Shown piece after piece: positions 38,518 to 47,254 of a stretch of DNA of 58,750 bases (positions within the stretch are counted from its first letter, which is position 1; each line of letters starts with the position of its first letter). Below the pieces are notes generated by a model. That model saw only the letters and a program-made list of their open reading frames with translations, was not told the origin of the DNA and made no database searches. The DNA comes from Planctomycetota bacterium. Its GTDB lineage: Bacteria > Planctomycetota > UBA8108 > UBA1146. A program made the translations under genes and the position numbers. The stretch lies in NCBI GenBank assembly GCA_036338595.1, contig JAYZBV010000057.1, positions 1 through 58,750 of the forward strand. Direction: 5' to 3'.

Positions 38518-40013
38518 CACGATCTCCACTACTGGAGATGGCAGCCGTCGATAAGGCGTTCGGGGCGACCGTTGCACTGTCCGGTGCTCACCTGCGCGTC
38601 GAGGCGGGAGAGGTCCGAGCCTTGATCGGAGAAAATGGTGCCGGCAAGTCGACGCTGATGCGGATCCTCAGTGGCGTAGAAAAAGCGGATTCGGGCTCCA
38701 TCCAGATCTCGGGACAACCCTTCTCACCGGCGAACCCACAGCAGGCAAGAGACGGTGGCATCGCCATGGTTCACCAGGAACTTGCGGTGGTGGAAGACCT
38801 CACGGTGGAGGAAAATCTGCTGCTGGGCGCAGAGCCTTCCGTACTGGGTGTGTTTCTACCTGCACGGATGAGAGACCGGGTCATCTCATCCTTGTCGCTG
38901 CTGGGGCGCAACGATATCCAGCCCGCCACTGCGGTGGCCAAGTTGTCGGTGGCTGACCGACAACTCGTCGAGATCGCCAGAGCTCTGGTACACGATGCCC
39001 CCGTCATCGTATTCGATGAGCCGACAAGTAGTCTCGGAGCACAGGATATCGAGCACCTGTTCGAGGTGATCGATCGTTTGCGCAAGGACGGTCGCGCGGT
39101 GGTCTACATCTCCCACTTCCTCGAAGAGGTGCAGAGGGTGGCAGATACCTGGACCGTGTTGAGAGATGGCGAGGTGGTCGGAGAGGGTGATATCTCCGAT
39201 ACAACCACGGAGCAACTGGTCAGCCACATGATCGGCCGCCGCCTCGAGGAGATGTATCCACGGATTGCCAGGGACAGGGGCGAGGCGCTGATCGAAGTGG
39301 AGGGACTCGCCACGAGATCGGGAGTGAAGGGTGCGCAACTGACCCTGCACGGGGGCGAGGTTCTGGGCATCGCAGGCCTGGTCGGGTCGGGCAGATCGGA
39401 GTTGCTGAGGGGGATCTATGGACTCGATAGCCTCGCGTCTGGATCGGTTCGTTTCGATGGTCAGACTCATCGACCTGATCCCGCCCGAAGCATCCGGGCA
39501 GGGATCGGATTCGCCAGCGAGGATCGAAAAAAAGAGGGACTCGCCACTGATCTTTCGGTGGCCACCAATCTGACTCTGGGTGCATCTTCCGGGCGTCACT
39601 TCTTCTCGATTCTTGGCTTGAAGAAGGAACGCACGGACGTCGAGGTGCAGATCAAGCAGTTCGGAATTCGCACCAGTGGACCGGAGCAGCCGATTCGATC
39701 ACTCAGCGGTGGCAATCAGCAAAAAGTGGCGTTGGCCAGGTTGGTGCATCTGGATGTCGATGCAGTGCTTCTCGATGAACCGACGCGTGGCATCGATGTG
39801 GGCTCCAAGACGGAGGTCTATCGCTGGATCGGCGAACTGGCAGCGGCGGGAAAGGGTGTGCTGGTGGTTTCCTCATCGATGCAGGAGTTGCTGGGAATCT
39901 GCGATCGGATCCAGGTGATGCACCGCGGGGAGCTCGGGCCAACACGTGCCGTTGACCAGTGGGACGAACATTCATTGATGGTCAGTGCCGTGGGTGGAGA
40001 GGATGCAGCATGA
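38514..40013 (+). CDS. Sugar ABC transporter ATP-binding protein (RbsA-like, two NBDs)
   Basis: GENGAGKST, FDEPTSSL, LSGGNQQKV, LDEPTRGIDVG. Confidence 0.93.
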   Translation: MTRSPLLEMAAVDKAFGATVALSGAHLRVEAGEVRALIGENGAGKSTLMRILSGVEKADSGSIQISGQPFSPANPQQARDGGIAMVHQELAVVEDLTVEENLLLGAEPSVLGVFLPARMRDRVISSLSLLGRNDIQPATAVAKLSVADRQLVEIARALVHDAPVIVFDEPTSSLGAQDIEHLFEVIDRLRKDGRAVVYISHFLEEVQRVADTWTVLRDGEVVGEGDISDTTTEQLVSHMIGRRLEEMYPRIARDRGEALIEVEGLATRSGVKGAQLTLHGGEVLGIAGLVGSGRSELLRGIYGLDSLASGSVRFDGQTHRPDPARSIRAGIGFASEDRKKEGLATDLSVATNLTLGASSGRHFFSILGLKKERTDVEVQIKQFGIRTSGPEQPIRSLSGGNQQKVALARLVHLDVDAVLLDEPTRGIDVGSKTEVYRWIGELAAAGKGVLVVSSSMQELLGICDRIQVMHRGELGPTRAVDQWDEHSLMVSAVGGEDAA

Positions 40014-40987
40014 AGATATCACTGCCGCGTCACTGGATTGGTACCCTAGCTCCGTTCCTGGCGGTGGTCGTTGTGGTGCTGTTGTTCTGGGTCTATGCCC
40101 CGGACCAGCCGATGACATTCCAGACCTGGCAATTCGTGGCTTCCCAGACGGTCGTGGTCGGCCTCGCTGCAGTGGGGATGACCTGGGTGATCATCTCTGC
40201 GGGCATAGACCTGTCGGTGGGATCGGTGATCGCCCTCTCCGGGGTCAGTGCAGCGCTGGCAGTGGAAGCGGGATGGGGAGCCATCGGTGGCGTGCTTGCC
40301 GCTCTGGTAACGGGAGCACTCTGCGGAGCCTACAACGGGGTTCTCATCGTCGGTCTGCGACTGCCACCCTTCATCGCCACTCTCGGGACGATGGGTTTTT
40401 ACCGGGGCGTTTCCAAGTGGGTTGCTGCCAATGAATCGGTACGCCCGGAGGATGAAACGGGGATGTCCTTCACCGCCGGGATTGCTGACTGGGTGATGCC
40501 AGTTGCGGAGGGACAGTGGCTCGCACCTGCTGTGTGGCTACTTCTTGCGGCCACGGTGCTGGGAGCCTGGGCGCTCCGCTGGACGGTGCTGGGGCGACAC
40601 ACCCTTGCGATCGGATCCAACGAGTTGACCGCTCGTCTGTGCGGTGTTCGGATCGAGCAGACCAAGGTTGTCATCTACGCACTTGCTGGACTGTTGGCAG
40701 GATTGGCCGGTGTGATGCTATTTGGAAGATTGACGGTGGGGGATCCGACCAGTGCCGTGGGAATAGAACTCGATGTGATTGCAGCCGTCGTCATCGGCGG
40801 TGCCAGTCTTGCAGGCGGGCAGGGTTCCGTGACGGGAGCACTGGCAGGAGCACTACTGATGGCGGTGCTGAGAAACCGCTGTACTGCTGTCGGGTGGCCC
40901 AACTTTGTTCAGGAGATGATCGTAGGGCACATCATCATTCTGGCGGTCGCCATCGACCAGTGGAGAATCAGGAAATCCAATCGTTGA
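40010..40987 (+). CDS. Sugar ABC transporter permease (RbsC-like)
   Basis: GIDLSVGS, PPFIATLG, ELDVIAAVVIGGASL.GG.G; ATGA overlap. Confidence 0.92.
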   Translation: MKISLPRHWIGTLAPFLAVVVVVLLFWVYAPDQPMTFQTWQFVASQTVVVGLAAVGMTWVIISAGIDLSVGSVIALSGVSAALAVEAGWGAIGGVLAALVTGALCGAYNGVLIVGLRLPPFIATLGTMGFYRGVSKWVAANESVRPEDETGMSFTAGIADWVMPVAEGQWLAPAVWLLLAATVLGAWALRWTVLGRHTLAIGSNELTARLCGVRIEQTKVVIYALAGLLAGLAGVMLFGRLTVGDPTSAVGIELDVIAAVVIGGASLAGGQGSVTGALAGALLMAVLRNRCTAVGWPNFVQEMIVGHIIILAVAIDQWRIRKSNR

Positions 40988-40996
40988 GGAGGTCTC

Positions 40997-41551
40997 TTGC
41001 GAGTTGCAGTCTACTGTTCTTCCAGCGATGAAGCCCACCAGAGTTTCCGCGATGATGCCGCGGCACTCGGGACCGCCATCGGTGTCGCTGGTCATGAACT
41101 GGTATACGGCGGCGGTAACATCGGGTCGATGGGGGCGCTCGCCATCGCTGCCCAGGATGCGGGTGCTCGTGTGGTTTCGGTGATCCCTCACTTTTTCCAT
41201 GAAAGAGGACTCACTTACGAGAAATCGGACGAGATTCATATTACCCAGGATATGCAAGAACGTCGGAAGATGATGTGGGAGCGCTGCGACGGTGTGATCA
41301 CCTTGCCGGGCGGATTCGGGTCGCTGGAGGAAGTGTCCGAGATGCTGGTGCTCAACCAACTCGATCTGGTCAAGAAGCCGGTAGTGTTGGCGAACCTGGC
41401 AGGATTCTGGGATCCACTGTGGCAGCAGTTCGAGATGATGGACGCAAACAAGATGCTCCCCGCTGGATTCAAGAAACTGGTTTCTCGGGCTGCCGATGGT
41501 CCATCAGCACTCGAACGGCTGGGTGTTTTGCTGAAGGGAGAGCAGCGATGA
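40997..41551 (+). CDS. LOG family (TIGR00730-like) nucleotide phosphoribohydrolase
   Basis: VYCSSS, LVYGGG..GSMG, MQERR, LPGGFGSLEE. Confidence 0.88.
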   Translation: MRVAVYCSSSDEAHQSFRDDAAALGTAIGVAGHELVYGGGNIGSMGALAIAAQDAGARVVSVIPHFFHERGLTYEKSDEIHITQDMQERRKMMWERCDGVITLPGGFGSLEEVSEMLVLNQLDLVKKPVVLANLAGFWDPLWQQFEMMDANKMLPAGFKKLVSRAADGPSALERLGVLLKGEQR

Positions 41552-42066
41552 GTTCAGTGCATCCACTTCAAGAAGTTGCAGCGGCGCAACTGGCAAGGAG
41601 TTTTGGTGCAATCACCGCCATGGTCGAAGGGATCTCTGATGAGGATGCGCAGGTGCGCCACGATGCCGACCGCTGGTCCTTGACGGAGATTCTCGGCCAC
41701 TTGCTCGATGAAGAGCGAGAGGACTTTCGCGCCCGGATCGAACTCTTGCTCGATGATCCATGTGCAGAGTGGCCCGCCATCGATCCCGAGGGTTGGGTCG
41801 AGGAGCGTGGACATCGCGCCAGACCCCTGCAGGAGTTGTTACGTCTCTTTCAGGATGAACGGCAACGCTCACTCAGTTGGTTGCGTGCCCTCGACGATCC
41901 GGATTGGCACAGCGAAAAGGACCACCCGCAGGGAGCGTTGCGAGCCGGGGATCTACTGCTGGCGTGGGTTGCCCACGATCTGGCGCACCTGTCGCAGATC
42001 GCCAACTGGCATCGCGACCATGCCGCGAAGACGCTGGAACCCTTTCACGACGATTACGCCTACTGA
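41548..42066 (+). CDS. DinB family protein
   Basis: WSL.EILGHL.DEE..DF..R, W.AHDL.HL.QI; ATGA overlap. Confidence 0.85.
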   Translation: MSSVHPLQEVAAAQLARSFGAITAMVEGISDEDAQVRHDADRWSLTEILGHLLDEEREDFRARIELLLDDPCAEWPAIDPEGWVEERGHRARPLQELLRLFQDERQRSLSWLRALDDPDWHSEKDHPQGALRAGDLLLAWVAHDLAHLSQIANWHRDHAAKTLEPFHDDYAY

Positions 42067-42072
42067 ACCGTG

Positions 42073-43098
42073 CTATGGCCGGCTTCGACCTCCTGGCGGT
42101 GCGGTTCCTGGATCGGTGACCGGGATCTCCGTATCCCAGCTCTTGCCGAGTCGGCGCCCCTGTCGAACATGTGAGCGTGTGTTCTTCTGCGTCGGTCGCC
42201 TCGTCTCGAGCGCCTGATCGAGAGCCTTGCGGATGGTATCAGCGTCTGCATCGGCGGCCAGTTTTGCAATCACCTCGACCTGGAGTCCGTAATTGTCTGG
42301 CTGTACGACCCAGATTCCAGAAGCGGGCTTGTCGATCCCCACAGCCTTCAATTGCGACGGCTCGGTGGTGGATGCCCAGCTCAAGCGGCCGATGTAGGGT
42401 TCCGTCCAGCCGATGGCTGCGAGCGATTGGAGCTGTTCATCATCGAGTCCGCCGCTGATCACGAGGGGTAGTCGATCACAGGCCGCGATGTTGACGGCGC
42501 GACGAACATCCTTGGCCACTGGCAGCGCAGGACCTGTTGAAGCCTCGGGCTTCTTTGACGGTGGGTGACTCTTTGCGAGGTGTTCCATCTCGAGGGCGAG
42601 AACGGTTCCTTCCCAGCCGGTGGCACCACCGAATACCATCCTCGGGGTGCGGCCCGAGGCACTCAGCCGGGTTTTTCCATCGGGAGCGAGCATCACAAAA
42701 ACCGTGTTCTCCAGCTGCCCAGAGCGACCCCGATAGATCCCTTCCAGCAATTTGCCCTCGACGGCATCTTCGTAAGTGGCCAGTCGGACACAGACAAATT
42801 TTCGAGATGCGTCGATGACGAGTGGGTCGGACCAGAGACTCCGGTCCATCTCCTGCTTGCCGGGTCACCAGATTCCAGGCACGCCATGGCACTGGGGGGC
42901 TGCCGAGAGCAGCAGGATCGGCTTTCCGCTGCGGCTGGCTTCCGCCCTGGCACCTTCCCATGTACCCCACCAGGCGACCCCTGCGGGATAGTTGATGCTG
43001 CCCATGACAGGTGCGATTTCGAGGTCAGCGGCCGGTTTAGCACCACTGCCGAGGATCAGAACCACAATCATGAGTGGATAAAGGGGTAGGTGGATCAT
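42073..43098 (-). CDS. Exported thioredoxin-like protein, probable selenoprotein (in-frame TGA 42865-42867 read as Sec; 341 aa)
   Basis: Track ORFs 42865-43098 and 42073-42849 share a frame, joined by TGG TGA CCC GGC AAG CAG GAG ATG. The fused sequence gives a continuous Trx pattern W..A.AEA..SGKPILL...W-U-PGK.EMD...SDP.V...SRKFVCVRL. Confidence 0.75.
42829..42847 (-). promoter_or_regulatory. Candidate bacterial SECIS hairpin
   Basis: mRNA GGACCGGA-GUC-UCUGGUCC stem-loop starting 18 nt after the UGA, with GU in the apical loop. Confidence 0.6.
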
Positions 43099-43254
43099 CG
43101 GACTCCTTCTGCTGACAAGATAACCCCGCTAACCGAGTCGAGGTGTAACAATTGATGCGGCTTCTGAGTCGAATACCATTCAGGGGTGTGACGCAGTTGA
43201 GGAACAGAGCTGATTTCGCAACGAAGTTCGATCGCCAATGGAGGTGAAGTGCTC

Positions 43255-45156
43255 ATGGATAATTCACGGTGGCTCCCGCTTTTCTTTGTGTGGATCATCG
43301 GCTGTATGCTGACTCCATCGCCCTCGGATGCTGCTGATCATCCGGTAGCCGATCTTCGCTGGGATTTCAGGGATGGATTTGTTTCTTCATCCGGCGCTGT
43401 CAAGGCGGCCGCTGGAGGTCTTGACGGTCAACTTTCCGGGGATCTTGTCCTGGCCGATGCAGGATCCGGCCCGCTTTTATTTGGAGGCGGAGCCAATGGG
43501 ATGTTGATGGTCGCGAAGGATTACAAGCCGGTTTCCCGTCATCTGCCGACTCAGGATTTTACGATCAGTTGCTGGGTAGTACTCGAAGAGTTGATGCCGT
43601 GGGATTCTCTCCTTTGCTGTCTTCAGGACAACGGCGGATTCGAGAAGGGTTGGTTACTCGGTACTCGAAACGGTAAACCATGTGTGGCTGTCTCCAGTAA
43701 AGGCTCCGATGATGGCGACGGAGCGATGACCTACCTCGATGGTTCCAGGTTGATGACGCTGGGAAAGTGGCACCACATCGCCGGCAGTTACGACGGCAAA
43801 ACCATGAAAGTCTACCTCGATGGAGAAATGGTGGGTGAGAGCGGAGCACAGTCCGGGCCGATTCTATATCCCGAGAAAGCGTCGCTGGTGATTGGCTCAT
43901 ACGTCGATGACGACGAAAATCACCCCCATATCGGAGCCGTCCAGGATCTTCGCCTGTGGAGGACTGATCTGTCGGCAGCCGAGATGAGAGCCGTGGCGAG
44001 TCAGGAACCCGGCTGTACCCGGTCGGCGCCACCACGACCTCCGCTAGCGATGGTCGTGGCTCCGTATTTGCAGTGGGGTACCACCGATGGAATCACGGTC
44101 TGTTTTGAATCCAATCGGCCCACCGTGGCGATGGTCGAATACGGGGCGACAGCAAATCTGGGAAACTCGGTAGTGAGCGATGAGCCGGCCAAACTCCACC
44201 ACGTTCGGATCGAGGGGTTAGAGACGGGAACTCCCTACTTCTATCGCGTCACGGTTCACCAAGACGGGAATCCGGAAGCAGGAGTCGAGGGGATGGAAAC
44301 GGGGATCCTCACATTTCAGACTGCAGCGGATGCCGACACCGCATTCGGTTTCCTGGTGGTGGGGGACACCCAGAACAATCCGAAAGTGACCAGATCAGTA
44401 AGTGACCTGGCATGGGGACACCGTCCTAATTTCATCGTGCATTGTGGCGATCTGGTGGGGACCGGCAGTAACAAGCGAGAATGGGTGCACCAGTTCTTCG
44501 CCGAGGCAGCGGATATTCTCTGTCGCTACTCGATGTTCCCGACTCTGGGAAACCATGAGCAGAATGCGGCACTGTACTATCAGTATTTCACCATGCCGGA
44601 GCCGGAGTATTACTACCAGTACAGCTGGGGGAATACTGATTTCTTCGTGGTCGATACCAACAAGCGGATCGCTTCCGATACCGATCAGGTGAAATGGCTC
44701 GAAGCGGCTCTGGCAGCGAGCAAGTCGACCTGGAAGGTCGTCTATCATCACCATCCAGCGTGGACTTCCGATGAGAATGATTACGGAAACACCTGGAAGG
44801 GTGGGTCCGACCAGGGCTATCCCCCGGTACAGAAGACATTGGTCCCTCTGTATGAGAAGTACGGTGTGGACGTGGTGTTCAACGGTCACATCCACGTTTA
44901 TGAGCGAACCTGGCCGATCAGAAACGGCAAAACAGTAGAAGCTGGAGAAGGAGTGGTCTACATCACCACCGGCGGTGGCGGAGGTAGTCTGGAGAATTTC
45001 GCTCCCAATCGAACCTGGTTCAGTTCCAACAAGAGGATCGGACACCATTTCATGATGGTGAACGTAAATGGACCCGAGATGGAGATTTCCGCCTTTGATA
45101 TCGAAGGGCGACTGTTCGATCGAACCGTAATGAAAAAGGAGAACACGGACCGTTGA
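43255..45156 (+). CDS. Secreted LamG + PAP-type FN3 + metallophosphoesterase (no dockerin)
   Basis: Signal peptide; WHHIAGSYDG..MKVYLDG LamG; APYLQ; GDTQ, GDLV, GNHE, HHP, GHIHVYER. Start 43249 or 43255. Confidence 0.85.
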   Translation: MDNSRWLPLFFVWIIGCMLTPSPSDAADHPVADLRWDFRDGFVSSSGAVKAAAGGLDGQLSGDLVLADAGSGPLLFGGGANGMLMVAKDYKPVSRHLPTQDFTISCWVVLEELMPWDSLLCCLQDNGGFEKGWLLGTRNGKPCVAVSSKGSDDGDGAMTYLDGSRLMTLGKWHHIAGSYDGKTMKVYLDGEMVGESGAQSGPILYPEKASLVIGSYVDDDENHPHIGAVQDLRLWRTDLSAAEMRAVASQEPGCTRSAPPRPPLAMVVAPYLQWGTTDGITVCFESNRPTVAMVEYGATANLGNSVVSDEPAKLHHVRIEGLETGTPYFYRVTVHQDGNPEAGVEGMETGILTFQTAADADTAFGFLVVGDTQNNPKVTRSVSDLAWGHRPNFIVHCGDLVGTGSNKREWVHQFFAEAADILCRYSMFPTLGNHEQNAALYYQYFTMPEPEYYYQYSWGNTDFFVVDTNKRIASDTDQVKWLEAALAASKSTWKVVYHHHPAWTSDENDYGNTWKGGSDQGYPPVQKTLVPLYEKYGVDVVFNGHIHVYERTWPIRNGKTVEAGEGVVYITTGGGGGSLENFAPNRTWFSSNKRIGHHFMMVNVNGPEMEISAFDIEGRLFDRTVMKKENTDR

Positions 45157-46028
45157 TCTCCATCGTCCCCTTGAAGAGCGCAAGCAAACCTGAGGATCAC
45201 GAAATCGGTGATTTGATTCGTGGTCTTCTGGGTGAAGACACCATCGTTCGGCTCGCTGACGGCGGCAAGACCACCGTTGCGGAGGTGGCCGATGTGGTGG
45301 TGAAAGTCTCCCGCAAGGATCACACCATCCCGGAAGATCTCCTCGATGGCCCTCTCTCGGAAGCCTGGTACTGGCCGGAAGCTGAAGAGGTGCTGGGAGA
45401 ACACCAGACACACCTCATCGTCATCGTCGAGGACTCAAGACAGGAGACTGCCGAGGAAACAAGTGTCCAGCAGTATGCATCGTTGGATGAAGGAGATGAC
45501 GATTCCGGCGGGAGTTTGTCGCCTGCGCAGAAGGAAAAGCCACCGCATCTCGATACCGAGAAGATTCGTTTCAGGGTTCAGAGTGCTCTGCTCTTGACGA
45601 GAATCACCCAGGTACTCGGGTCCGCTCTGGGCGCAGTGGCAGTGTACTGGGATGCTTCCACCACCATTCATTCCTGGAGTGCTTTCAACGATTCTTGTGA
45701 GCAGATGTCACCGGAAAATCTGCCCATCCGGATCTGGGTCGATTTTCGCCTGTGGGAAGCCACCGATGGGACACGTGGTCTCGTTACTCGAGGACTTTCG
45801 GCACTGGGCCAGAGAGAACTGGAGGTGATCGGTTCTTCCAGCAGTGCCGAACAGATTCGCGCATGGTGCTACACCGTTGCCCATTATTGCCTGGAGAAGT
45901 GTGAGATCCTGGTGCACGGCCAGGCGGTGGGAATTTCCCAGAAGGAATGGATCCGCGCATGGGTCGTGGAAAGCCGCCTGGATCCGGGGAACTGGGCCAC
46001 CTGGCTCGATCTCGAGGCAGAAGAATGA
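45153..46028 (+). CDS. DUF4261-like hypothetical protein
   Basis: H.THLIV, AVYW, P..IWVDF..T.GL.ALG.RELEV pattern; overlaps both neighbours by 4 nt. Confidence 0.6.
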   Translation: MISIVPLKSASKPEDHEIGDLIRGLLGEDTIVRLADGGKTTVAEVADVVVKVSRKDHTIPEDLLDGPLSEAWYWPEAEEVLGEHQTHLIVIVEDSRQETAEETSVQQYASLDEGDDDSGGSLSPAQKEKPPHLDTEKIRFRVQSALLLTRITQVLGSALGAVAVYWDASTTIHSWSAFNDSCEQMSPENLPIRIWVDFRLWEATDGTRGLVTRGLSALGQRELEVIGSSSSAEQIRAWCYTVAHYCLEKCEILVHGQAVGISQKEWIRAWVVESRLDPGNWATWLDLEAEE

Positions 46029-47254
46029 CGGCGATTCCGCGACGCATCCTCGCCTTGACCACCAGTCGGGCGGACTGGGGTCATCTCTCCTCGCCGTTGA
46101 AGCAACTATCGCTTCGACCAGAGATTCAACTCTCCCTGGCTGCCATGGGATCCCATCTCTCCCCGGAGTTCGGCATGACGGTCGATCAGATCGAGTCCGA
46201 CGGATTCACCGTCGACCACCGGATCGAGTGTCTTCTCAGTAGCGATAGCGATGTGGGGATGGCGAAGACGATCGGTCTTGCCACCTTGTCCCTGGCCGAA
46301 CTGCTCGACCGGGAAAGGCCTGATCTGTTGCTCTTGATCGCTGATCGGTACGAGATGCTGGCTCCCGCCTCGGCGGCACTGGCGCTGAGAATCCCGATCG
46401 CTCACATCGAGGGGGGAGAGGTCTCCGAGGGTGCGATCGATCATGCCGTGAGGCATGCGGTCACGGCCGTTTCTCATGTCCATCTGGTGCCGACAGAGAC
46501 AGCGCGGCTTCGAGTCCTGCAAACCGGCGAGGAACCGTGGCGTGTTCACACGGTGGGAGCCCCGAGTATCGACCATCTGCATGCCGGAACGATCGCGCAA
46601 AGAGACGAGGTAGAGCAAGCCCTGGGAGTTTGCCTCGATCCCGCTCCGCTGGTGGTGGGATGGCATCCAGTGACCCTCGATGAGCAACTCTGCCGTGAGA
46701 CCGATCCCTTCTTCGAGGCTCTGGAGCAAGCGGAAGGCCCCATCGTCTTTTGTTTTCCCAATGCCGATGCGGGTAGTCGGGTGATCAGGGACCGGGCAGA
46801 GAACTTTTGCAGCAAGAGAAAAGACTCACACCTCTTCGTCAATCTGAGCCATCAGATTTACTGGGGGGTCTTGAAGCATGCAGTGGCCATCATCGGCAAC
46901 TCATCGAGCGGCATCATGGAGGCTCCTGCCATACCACTTCCGTGTCTCAACGTCGGCAGACGTCAGCAGGGCCGCGAACGAAGTCGTTGCATCATCGATG
47001 TTTCCGCACAAAGGGATGCCATCACGGAAGGTATCGAACAGGTTCGAAGCCCGGAGTTCCGGGAGTCCCTGGCCGGAATGGAAAATCCCTATGGCGATGG
47101 GCAAGCCGGGCAGCGGATTGCCGAGATCCTGTCGAGTCTCGATCTGGGGCCGCGCTTGCTCGAGAAGAGATCACTTCCTGCTGACTGGATTCCCGAGCCG
47201 CCGCAATGGCCCGAGGGAGAGTTCTCCGGCGCGGGATTGTTTGAACCGGGTTAA
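46025..47254 (+). CDS. neuC: UDP-N-acetylglucosamine 2-epimerase (hydrolysing, NeuC-type)
   Basis: TSRADWG, GSHLSPEFG.T, DRYE, HIEGGE.SEGAID..VRHA, HPVTL, PNADAG, GNSSSGI.EAP, NVG.RQ.GR, NPYGDG. Confidence 0.85.
   Translation: MTAIPRRILALTTSRADWGHLSSPLKQLSLRPEIQLSLAAMGSHLSPEFGMTVDQIESDGFTVDHRIECLLSSDSDVGMAKTIGLATLSLAELLDRERPDLLLLIADRYEMLAPASAALALRIPIAHIEGGEVSEGAIDHAVRHAVTAVSHVHLVPTETARLRVLQTGEEPWRVHTVGAPSIDHLHAGTIAQRDEVEQALGVCLDPAPLVVGWHPVTLDEQLCRETDPFFEALEQAEGPIVFCFPNADAGSRVIRDRAENFCSKRKDSHLFVNLSHQIYWGVLKHAVAIIGNSSSGIMEAPAIPLPCLNVGRRQQGRERSRCIIDVSAQRDAITEGIEQVRSPEFRESLAGMENPYGDGQAGQRIAEILSSLDLGPRLLEKRSLPADWIPEPPQWPEGEFSGAGLFEPG

Noticed and set aside
42865..42867. Reading the TGA as a nonsense mutation (pseudogene) or as the end of a separate gene
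   Set aside because: The stop sits at the Trx catalytic Cys position, is TGA specifically, and is followed by a SECIS-like hairpin. This alternative is disfavoured but not excluded without genome context.
44395..45411. 338-aa minus-strand ORF and similar long overlapping ORFs elsewhere
   Set aside because: They overlap motif-supported genes on the opposite strand and are typical of high-GC shadow frames.
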